From: a virus | Length of the DNA stretch: 35,654 nucleotides | UHGV virus genome: UHGV-0232315 | Strand: one strand, 5' to 3' | Shown: positions 9,181 through 16,144 of the stretch, one piece after another | How positions within the stretch are numbered: the stretch's first letter is position 1 | Layout of the letters: every line of letters starts with the position of its first letter | Notes under the pieces: generated by a model | Told to the model about the DNA's origin: nothing | What the model saw: the letters and a program-made list of their open reading frames with translations, nothing else | The model's database searches: none | Translations under genes and position numbers: made by a program

Positions 9181-9183
9181 CCC

Positions 9184-9834
9184 ATGAGCCTGAGTCCCGC
9201 ACGGCAGCATCGCCTGCGCGTTCAGGCTGAACAGGCCGCCCGCGAGGGCGGCAGTGTTCGCCACGCGTCGGGCTATGACCTGATGCTGCTGCAACTGGCG
9301 GAAGACCGCCGCCGTCTCAAGGGCGTTCAGTCCACGGTGAAAAAAGCGGAAATAAAGGTGGAGCTGCTGCCGAAGTACGCCGCTTGGGCAGAGGGCGTCC
9401 TGGCTGCCGGAGGCACTCAACAGGATGACGTACTGATGTACGTGATGCTGTGGCGCATTGATGCCGGAGATTATGCCGGGGCGCTGGAGATCGGGCGTCA
9501 TGCCCTGCGTCATGGCTGGGTGATGCCACTGGGTAACCGCAATGTGCAGACCGTGCTGGCAGAGGAAATGGCAGACGCCGCGCAGAGCGCAATGCTTGCC
9601 GCCACCGGCTTTGATGCCGATCTGTTGTTGCAGACGCTGGAGCTGATAGACGGTCTGGATATGCCGGACCAGTCACGGGCGCGTCTGCATAAAGCGATTG
9701 GCGCTGTCCTGAGTGAAAGCAATCCGGCTTCCGCCCTTAATCATCTCAACCATGCGTTACAGCTCGATCCCCGCTGTGGCGTGAAAAAAGACAAACAGCA
9801 GCTGGAGCGCAGACTGCGCAATGACAGCCGCTGA
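9184..9834 (+). CDS. M: Terminase small/endonuclease subunit (P2 gpM-like)
   Basis: 216 aa following N in conserved order; ATG 9184. Confidence 0.85.
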   Translation: MSLSPARQHRLRVQAEQAAREGGSVRHASGYDLMLLQLAEDRRRLKGVQSTVKKAEIKVELLPKYAAWAEGVLAAGGTQQDDVLMYVMLWRIDAGDYAGALEIGRHALRHGWVMPLGNRNVQTVLAEEMADAAQSAMLAATGFDADLLLQTLELIDGLDMPDQSRARLHKAIGAVLSESNPASALNHLNHALQLDPRCGVKKDKQQLERRLRNDSR

Positions 9835-9929
9835 CAGAACGTGCCCCCGCGCACGGGCGGCACGGGGTGGCGAAAGGCACTGCCACATCAAAACCCCGTC
9901 CACCGCCCTCTATTTCAGGAGAAAGCAGC

Positions 9930-10394
9930 ATGAAGTTTGTTGCGCCAGAACAGGCACCGGAACAGGCGGAAATCATCAGAAATACGCCGTTCTGGCCTGA
10001 TGTGGACCTGTCGGAGTTTCGCAGTGTCATGCGCACTGACGGCACGGTGACGCAGCCGCGTTTAAAGCAGGTTGCGCTGTCGGCAATTTCGGAGGTCAAC
10101 GCAGAGCTGTATGAGTTTCGCAGACGTCAGCAGATGCTGGGGTATGTGTCGCTGGCTGAGGTTCCGGCGGAACAGTTGGACGGCAAAAGTGAGCGCATTC
10201 AGCACTATTTCAACGCGGTTTACTGCTGGGCACGCGCCATGCTCAACGAACGATACCAGGACTATGACGCCACGGCATCCGGTGTGAAGCGAGGCGAGGA
10301 ACTGGCGGAATCCAGCGGTGATTTGTGGCGTGACGCACGCTGGGCCATCAGCCGGGTACAGGATGCGCCGCACTGCACAGTGGAGCTTATCTGA
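9930..10394 (+). CDS. L: Head completion/stabilisation protein (P2 gpL-like)
   Basis: ORF 9867-10394; start placed at ATG 9930 preceded by GGAGAAAG RBS. Confidence 0.85.
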   Translation: MKFVAPEQAPEQAEIIRNTPFWPDVDLSEFRSVMRTDGTVTQPRLKQVALSAISEVNAELYEFRRRQQMLGYVSLAEVPAEQLDGKSERIQHYFNAVYCWARAMLNERYQDYDATASGVKRGEELAESSGDLWRDARWAISRVQDAPHCTVELI

Positions 10395-10597
10395 TGAAAG
10401 TGCGTGCGCATCAGTATGACACGGTGGACGCGCTTTGCTGGCGTCATTACGGGCGCACGCAGGGTGTCACGGAGCAGGTACTGAAGGCAAATCCGGGGCT
10501 TGCCGAATACGGCCCCTTTTTACCTCACGGGCTGCAGGTGGAGCTGCCGGACATTCCGACCACCACCACCGTGCAGACCGTCCAGCTATGGGACTGA
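10394..10597 (+). CDS. X: Tail protein X (P2 gpX-like)
   Basis: 67 aa; ATGA overlap with L stop. Confidence 0.85.
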   Translation: MKVRAHQYDTVDALCWRHYGRTQGVTEQVLKANPGLAEYGPFLPHGLQVELPDIPTTTTVQTVQLWD

Positions 10598-10600
10598 ATT

Positions 10601-10816
10601 ATGACGCTTGAGCGAATCAGCACCTTTATCACGTATTGCATCGCCGTCGTGCTGGCCTGGCTGGGCGATTTGTCCATCAAGGATGCCTCAACGCTGGGCG
10701 GCCTGATGATTGGTGTGCTGATGCTGGCTATCAACTGGTACTACAAGCACAAAGCCTACCAGCTTCTGCGCGACGGGCAGATCTCGCGGGAGGGCTATGA
10801 ATCCATCAATCGTTAA
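10601..10816 (+). CDS. Holin (two predicted TM segments)
   Basis: 71 aa with hydrophobic stretches ISTFITYCIAVVLAWLG and LGGLMIGVLMLAINWYY, immediately upstream of the endolysin. Confidence 0.8.
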   Translation: MTLERISTFITYCIAVVLAWLGDLSIKDASTLGGLMIGVLMLAINWYYKHKAYQLLRDGQISREGYESINR

Positions 10817-11309
10817 ACGCTGCCTTGTCGGGGCCGTGCTGGCTATTGCTGCCACGCTGCCGGGTTTTCAGCAGCTTCACACCTCCGTGGAGGGGCTGAA
10901 ACTGATTGCCGATTACGAAGGCTGTCGTCTGCAGCCGTATCAGTGCAGCGCGGGTGTCTGGACCGACGGCATTGGTAATACATCGGGCGTCATTCCCGGC
11001 AAAACAATCACGGAACGACAGGCAGCAGAAGGGCTGATCTCCAACGTGCTGCGTGTGGAGCGGGCACTGGAAAGGTGTGTGAAGCAACAGCCACCACAGA
11101 AGGTGTATGACGCTACGGTGTCGTTTGCCTTCAACGTGGGGACGGGCAATGCCTGTAGTTCCACGCTGGTGAAATTGCTCAATCAGCGGCGCTGGGCGGA
11201 TGCGTGCCGACAGTTGCCGCGCTGGGTTTATGTAAAAGGTGTGTTTAATCAGGGGCTGGATAATCGCCGTGCGCGGGAGATGGCCTGGTGTTTACAGGGA
11301 GCAAACTGA
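10797..11309 (+). CDS. Endolysin, GH24 lysozyme with N-terminal signal-anchor-release (SAR) segment (P1 Lyz-like)
   Basis: YEGCRLQPYQCSAGVWTDGIGNT lysozyme catalytic region preceded by hydrophobic CLVGAVLAIAATLPGF; occupies the P2 K position. Confidence 0.85.
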   Translation: MNPSIVKRCLVGAVLAIAATLPGFQQLHTSVEGLKLIADYEGCRLQPYQCSAGVWTDGIGNTSGVIPGKTITERQAAEGLISNVLRVERALERCVKQQPPQKVYDATVSFAFNVGTGNACSSTLVKLLNQRRWADACRQLPRWVYVKGVFNQGLDNRRAREMAWCLQGAN

Positions 11310-11310
11310 A

Positions 11311-11688
11311 ATGAAAAAGAAATTAATCAGCGGACTATTTCTGATGTTATGGATGGCGCTGTTAATCGCAGCAATGGTGTATCCGCAGGGGATTTTTCCG
11401 GTACTGTCAGCGTCCGGCGTTTGGGTAGCCTGTTTGCTGACATGGGCGGTAATTCCGGTAGCACTGGCTGCGTTAATTAAGAATGGCCCGCTCTGGCAGG
11501 AGTTAAGGGCATCTTTGCTGAAGACAATTACCCGAAAAGAAAACGTATTTACCAGTTGGGTGATGCGATTGCTGATTGTTGTAAGTCTCGCCTGGACGGG
11601 GTGGGCTATTACCCTGGTCTTTTATCTGCTGACCGTTATTGCCTTCTGGATGACCCGTAATCAGATGGCGCAACAGGTATCAGCATGA
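11311..11688 (+). CDS. lysA: LysA-like membrane protein (lysis timing)
   Basis: ORF 11239-11688; start placed at ATG 11311 (MKKKLISGLF...) 1 nt after the lysozyme stop; multiple hydrophobic segments. Confidence 0.7.
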   Translation: MKKKLISGLFLMLWMALLIAAMVYPQGIFPVLSASGVWVACLLTWAVIPVALAALIKNGPLWQELRASLLKTITRKENVFTSWVMRLLIVVSLAWTGWAITLVFYLLTVIAFWMTRNQMAQQVSA

Positions 11689-12113
11689 ACCGGTTGCTGC
11701 TGGTTGTGCTGGCGTTATTACTGGCGGCGCTGGGCTGGCAGACGTGGCGGCTGGCTGATGCCAGCCAGACCATCAGCACGCAGGCAAACAAGCTGCAGAG
11801 CAAAAGCCAGGCACTGGCAAAGAGCAACAGCCAGCTTATCAGCCTGTCCATTCTGACTGAAACCAATAACCGGGAGCAGGCGCGGCTCTATGCCGAAGCA
11901 GAACAGACCAGCGTACAGCTGAGACAACGACAACGCCGGATCGAGGAACTGAAACGTGAGAACGAGGATTTACGCCACTGGGCTGATACTCCTTTGCCTG
12001 CTGACATTATCCGGCTGCGGGAACGTCCGGCACTCACCGGAGGTGCAGCTTACCGTCAGTGGTTGTCCGCGAGTGACGCCGTGTCGGCTGGAGCAGGCAG
12101 CACCACGCACTAA
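11685..12113 (+). CDS. lysB: LysB, Rz-like inner-membrane spanin
   Basis: N-terminal TM segment LLLVVLALLLAALGW followed by coiled-coil-like region; P2 lysB position. Confidence 0.8.
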   Translation: MNRLLLVVLALLLAALGWQTWRLADASQTISTQANKLQSKSQALAKSNSQLISLSILTETNNREQARLYAEAEQTSVQLRQRQRRIEELKRENEDLRHWADTPLPADIIRLRERPALTGGAAYRQWLSASDAVSAGAGSTTH

Positions 12114-12246
12114 CGGTGATCTGAATGCGTTGCTGGATGAAACGGAGGCCGCCTGGGCGGTCTGTGCAGACAAAGTGGACATGATTATTGCGTGTCAGGA
12201 GCGAAACAGTGAACAAACCACAATCCCTGCGCCACGCCCTCAATAA
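11956..12246 (+). CDS. lysC: LysC, Rz1-like outer-membrane lipoprotein spanin
   Basis: GTG start inside lysB in another frame; signal peptide with lipobox LTLSGC; extends past the lysB stop. Confidence 0.7.
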   Translation: MRTRIYATGLILLCLLTLSGCGNVRHSPEVQLTVSGCPRVTPCRLEQAAPRTNGDLNALLDETEAAWAVCADKVDMIIACQERNSEQTTIPAPRPQ

Positions 12247-12640
12247 AGCGGTGCCTTATGTCCGCAATAACCCGGACAAACTGCATCTGTTTGTGGATAA
12301 CGGTTCGCTGGTTGCCACGGGGGCCAGCTCCATGTCGTGGGAGTACCGTTACACACTGAACGCGGTGATTGAGGATTTCAGCGGCGACCAGAATCTGCTG
12401 ATGGCCCCGGTTTTGCTGTGGCTGAGGGATAACCAGCCCGATGCCATCAATAACCCGGCGTTACGGGAAAAACTATTCACCTTTGAGGTGGATATTCTGC
12501 GCAACGATGTCTGTGATATCAGCCTTAACCTGCAACTGACGGAACGTGTGCTGGTCAGCACTGACGGCAGTGTGTCGAGCGTTGAAGCTGTAGCGGAACC
12601 CGATGAACCTGAAGAAATGTGGACGGTGAAACGTGGCTGA
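12209..12640 (+). CDS. R: Tail completion protein R (P2 gpR-like)
   Basis: ORF 12188-12640 (TTG); start placed at GTG 12209 after AGGAG RBS. Confidence 0.8.
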   Translation: MNKPQSLRHALNKAVPYVRNNPDKLHLFVDNGSLVATGASSMSWEYRYTLNAVIEDFSGDQNLLMAPVLLWLRDNQPDAINNPALREKLFTFEVDILRNDVCDISLNLQLTERVLVSTDGSVSSVEAVAEPDEPEEMWTVKRG

Positions 12641-13085
12641 ACTGCAGAAAGTGGACGACTGGCTGAGTGCCTTGCTGGCGAATCTGGAACCAGCCGCCAG
12701 AAGCCGCATGATGCGCCAGCTGGCGCAGGAACTGCGCCGGACACAGCAGCAGAATATCAGGATGCAGCGCAACCCTGACGGCAGCAGCTATGAACCGCGA
12801 CGGGTAACAGCACGAAGTAAAAAAGGGCGCATCAAACGTCAGATGTTTGCAAAGCTGCGCACCACAAAATACCTGAAAACCGCCGCCAGCGCGGATTCTG
12901 CCAGCGTACAGTTTGAAGGTAAGGTGCAGCGCATTGCCCGCGTTCATCATTACGGCCTGCGCGATCGCGTCAGTCCAAAGGGGGGAGTCATTAAGTATCC
13001 ATCCCGAAAATTGCTGGGTTTAAATGAACATACTGAAAATGAAGTAAGAGATTTACTTTTAAAGTATTTTTTGATGAAAAATTAG
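12633..13085 (+). CDS. S: Tail completion protein S (P2 gpS-like), 3' end AT-rich
   Basis: 150 aa; GTG start overlapping the R stop; last ~25 codons shift to AT-rich composition. Confidence 0.8.
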   Translation: MAELQKVDDWLSALLANLEPAARSRMMRQLAQELRRTQQQNIRMQRNPDGSSYEPRRVTARSKKGRIKRQMFAKLRTTKYLKTAASADSASVQFEGKVQRIARVHHYGLRDRVSPKGGVIKYPSRKLLGLNEHTENEVRDLLLKYFLMKN

Positions 13086-13090
13086 AATGT

Positions 13091-13621
13091 TTACGCACTT
13101 AATAAACTTAAATAACTTTTTATGCTTTGGCAAAAAGGGAAAAGGTCTATTTTAATTTTCCAGTTTTTTTTGTTTTGAACCCCAGAAGCAATAATAGAAC
13201 CATCCCAATATTTTATTCCATTTTTGCCGGTCTTTTTTGTTAACTCAAAACTTAATGCGTGAATAATTTTATTGCAGCATTCGCGTATAGAACCTTTAAC
13301 ATGACCATCTATAACAAAAAGTATATTTTCATGTTCTTCAAATGCTTCTTTCTCAGGTGAGTAATCTGGGTTCCACTCATGTTCATTAGTGTCTTGGAGA
13401 ATTCGTAGTTTTGTACAAAGGCTAATAAGATTGTTGCTAATGGTATATTCCAACCATCCGTTGTACGATAACTCCTCCATTTCAAATTCAGTTACTATAG
13501 AACCATCATATACTTTCTGTGTGGAATATATACGCTGTAAATAAAATTCAGATGAACAGCATAATTGCTCAATTATTCTTGCGTGTTCTTCTATAGCGTA
13601 ATAATCAATTGGATGGCTCAT
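13091..13621 (-). CDS. Hypothetical protein encoded by an AT-rich island between S and V (P2 orf30 position)
   Basis: ORF 13091-13660 on the strand opposite to the tail operon; likely start ATG 13621 (MSHPIDYY...) with GAAAGG RBS; no motif I recognise. Confidence 0.6.
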   Translation of the reverse strand: MSHPIDYYAIEEHARIIEQLCCSSEFYLQRIYSTQKVYDGSIVTEFEMEELSYNGWLEYTISNNLISLCTKLRILQDTNEHEWNPDYSPEKEAFEEHENILFVIDGHVKGSIRECCNKIIHALSFELTKKTGKNGIKYWDGSIIASGVQNKKNWKIKIDLFPFCQSIKSYLSLLSA

Positions 13622-13652
13622 TCTTTTACCTTTCTTCGATTGGAATTGTATT

Positions 13653-13670
13653 TGTGTCATTTACCACACA
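13653..13670. promoter_or_regulatory. TGT-N12-ACA dyad upstream of V (candidate late promoter element)
   Basis: TGTgtcatttaccacACA; centre is only 55 bp from the V ATG and overlaps the 5' end of the antisense island ORF. Confidence 0.4.
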
Positions 13671-13716
13671 AGGACGTATTGATGCCATAGATTCAAGGTC
13701 CGTGCAACCTAACCCT

Positions 13717-14295
13717 ATGAACGCACAACTAACCGAAATCATGCGCCTTATCACCAACCTGATCCGCACTGGGGTAGTCACCGAAGTGGACCGGGAGAAC
13801 TGGCTTTGCCGGGTGAAAACGGGCGAGCTTGAAACCAACTGGATCAGCTGGCTGACGCTGCGTGCCGGGAATGCCCGCACATGGTGGCGACCATCGGAAG
13901 GTGAGCAGGTGGTGCTGCTTAGTCTGGGCGGCAATCTGGAAACAGCCTTTGCGTTACCCGCCATCTATTCGAATCAGTTCGCGCCACCGTCGACGTCGGC
14001 GGACGCCTGCGTGACAGAACATCCTGACGGTGGCTGGTTTGAATACGAACCCGCCACCGGGCGCTGGTATGTCAGGGGCATCAAATCAATGGTCATTGAG
14101 GCCGCTGGCAACATCACCCTGAAAACCAGTGAGTTTGTTCTGGAGGCTGACCGCACGCGCATTAACAGCGAAGTGGTGATCAATGGTGGCGTTACCCAGG
14201 GCGGCGGAGCGATGAGTTCTAACGGGATCGTGGTTGATGCGCATCAGCATACTGGCGTCCTGAAAGGCGGCGACACAACCGGAGGCCCGGTATGA
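13717..14295 (+). CDS. V: Baseplate spike/assembly protein V (P2 gpV-like)
   Basis: ORF 13609-14295; start placed at ATG 13717 (MNAQLTEIMRLITNLIRTG...), which aligns with the P2 V N-terminus. Confidence 0.85.
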   Translation: MNAQLTEIMRLITNLIRTGVVTEVDRENWLCRVKTGELETNWISWLTLRAGNARTWWRPSEGEQVVLLSLGGNLETAFALPAIYSNQFAPPSTSADACVTEHPDGGWFEYEPATGRWYVRGIKSMVIEAAGNITLKTSEFVLEADRTRINSEVVINGGVTQGGGAMSSNGIVVDAHQHTGVLKGGDTTGGPV

Positions 14296-14651
14296 CGCTT
14301 TATAGCGGGATGAACAATACCAGCGGTAAAGCCATTACTGATATTGACCACCTGCGCCAGTCGGTGCGGGACATTCTGCTGACGCCGCAGGGTAGCCGCA
14401 TTGCCCGTCGGGAATATGGTTCCCTGCTGTCGGCACTGATAGATCAGCCACAAAATCCGGCGTTACGCCTGCAGGTTATGTCGGCTGTGTATGTGGCACT
14501 GAGTCGCTGGGAGCCACGGCTGACGCTGGATTCCATCACTATTAACAGCAATTTTGACGGTTCAATGGTGGTGGAGCTGACCGGGCGGCGGAATAACGGT
14601 GTGCCTGTGTCCCTTTCAGTATCAACAGGAGCAGAGAATGGCAGTGATTGA
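14292..14651 (+). CDS. W: Baseplate wedge protein W (GPW/gp25-like)
   Basis: 119 aa; ATGA overlap with V stop. Confidence 0.85.
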   Translation: MTLYSGMNNTSGKAITDIDHLRQSVRDILLTPQGSRIARREYGSLLSALIDQPQNPALRLQVMSAVYVALSRWEPRLTLDSITINSNFDGSMVVELTGRRNNGVPVSLSVSTGAENGSD

Positions 14652-15546
14652 CCTTTCGCAGTTGCCTGCACCGCAGATTGTGGATGTGCCGGACTTTGAG
14701 ACGCTGCTTGCCGAACGCAAGGCAGAATTTGTGGCGCTTCATCCGAAAGATGAGCAGGAAGCAGTGATCCGCACGCTGGAACTGGAATCTGAACCCGTCA
14801 CCAAATTGTTGCAGGAGAACGCTTACCGTGAGTTGCTTCTGCGCCAGCGCATTAACGAAGCCGCGCAGGCGGTAATGGTGGCTTACGCGATGGGCGGCGA
14901 TCTTGACCAGATCGCTGCCAACTACAACGTGAAACGCCTGACGGTGACGCCTGCTGATAATAACGCTGTGCCGCCCGTTGCAGCAGTGATGGAAAGCGAT
15001 GAAGCGTTACGCCTGCGTGTGCCTGCAGCCTTTGAGGGGCTTTCAGTTGCGGGACCAACTGCCGCTTATGAATTTCATGCCCGAAGCGCCGACGGTCGGG
15101 TGGCGGATGCCAGTGCAACCAGTCCGGCACCTGCAGAGGTGGTACTGACTATCCTGAGCCGTGAAGGCGACGGAACAGCAGAAAAAGATTTGCTGGATGT
15201 GGTGGAGAAAGCCCTGAACAGTGAGAACGTCCGCCCAGTGGCTGACCGTCTGACGGTTCGCAGCGCAGAAATCATCCCGTACCGTGTGGAAGCCACCATT
15301 TTTCTTTATCCGGGACCGGAAGCAGAGCCGGTAATGGCAGCGGCAAAAGTCAGCCTGCAGAGGTACATCGCCAGTCAGACGCGGCTCGGTCGGGATATTC
15401 GCCGTAGTGCCATCTTTGCCGCGCTGCATGTTGAGGGTGTTCAACGTGTGGAACTGGCTTCTCCGCTGGCGGATGTGGTTCTGAACAAAACGCAGGCGGC
15501 ATCATGTACGCAGTGGAGCGTGACCAACGGAGGAACGGATGAATAG
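14638..15546 (+). CDS. J: Baseplate assembly protein J (P2 gpJ-like)
   Basis: ORF 14599-15546 (GTG); start placed at ATG 14638 (MAVIDLSQLP...). Confidence 0.85.
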   Translation: MAVIDLSQLPAPQIVDVPDFETLLAERKAEFVALHPKDEQEAVIRTLELESEPVTKLLQENAYRELLLRQRINEAAQAVMVAYAMGGDLDQIAANYNVKRLTVTPADNNAVPPVAAVMESDEALRLRVPAAFEGLSVAGPTAAYEFHARSADGRVADASATSPAPAEVVLTILSREGDGTAEKDLLDVVEKALNSENVRPVADRLTVRSAEIIPYRVEATIFLYPGPEAEPVMAAAKVSLQRYIASQTRLGRDIRRSAIFAALHVEGVQRVELASPLADVVLNKTQAASCTQWSVTNGGTDE

Positions 15547-16144
15547 TCTGCTACCACCGGGTTCAACTTCACTGGAGCGACGACTGGCGCAAACCTGCAG
15601 TGGGATTTCTGATCTGCAGGTGCTGCTGCGTGACTTGTGGAATCCGGCTACCTGTCCGGTCAGCTTCCTGCCTTATCTCGCCTGGGCGTTCTCTGTGGAT
15701 CGCTGGGACGAGGGCTGGACAGAAAGCGTCAAACGCCAGGTAGTGAAGGATGCTTTTTATATTCATCAGCATAAAGGGACCACCAGTGCCGTGCGGCGGG
15801 TGGTGGAGCCGTTCGGCTTTCTGATCCGCATTATTGAGTGGTGGCAGACCGGAGAGGCACCGGGCACGTTTCGTCTGGATATCGGCGTGCAGGACCAGGG
15901 CATCACTGAAGATACCTATCTGGAACTTGAGCGACTGATAAGCGATGCCAAACCATGTAGCCGTCACATGAGCGGCATGTCCATCAACCTGCAGACCAGC
16001 GGCCCGCATTGGGTGGGAGCCGCCAGCTATCTTGGCGAAGAAATCACGATCTATCCGTATATCAACGAAACAATTATTTCCGGCGGCACCGCGCATGAAG
16101 GCGGGGCGGTCCATGTTATTGACACAATGAGAGTGAATCCATGA
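15539..16144 (+). CDS. I: Baseplate/tail protein I (P2 gpI-like)
   Basis: 201 aa; GGAGGAA RBS; overlaps the J stop. Confidence 0.85.
   Translation: MNSLLPPGSTSLERRLAQTCSGISDLQVLLRDLWNPATCPVSFLPYLAWAFSVDRWDEGWTESVKRQVVKDAFYIHQHKGTTSAVRRVVEPFGFLIRIIEWWQTGEAPGTFRLDIGVQDQGITEDTYLELERLISDAKPCSRHMSGMSINLQTSGPHWVGAASYLGEEITIYPYINETIISGGTAHEGGAVHVIDTMRVNP

Noticed and set aside
9317-9834. Overlapping minus-strand ORFs (119 aa, 70 aa) within gene M
   Set aside because: Arg/Ala/Ser/Pro-rich antisense translations of GC-rich coding DNA; no supporting signals.
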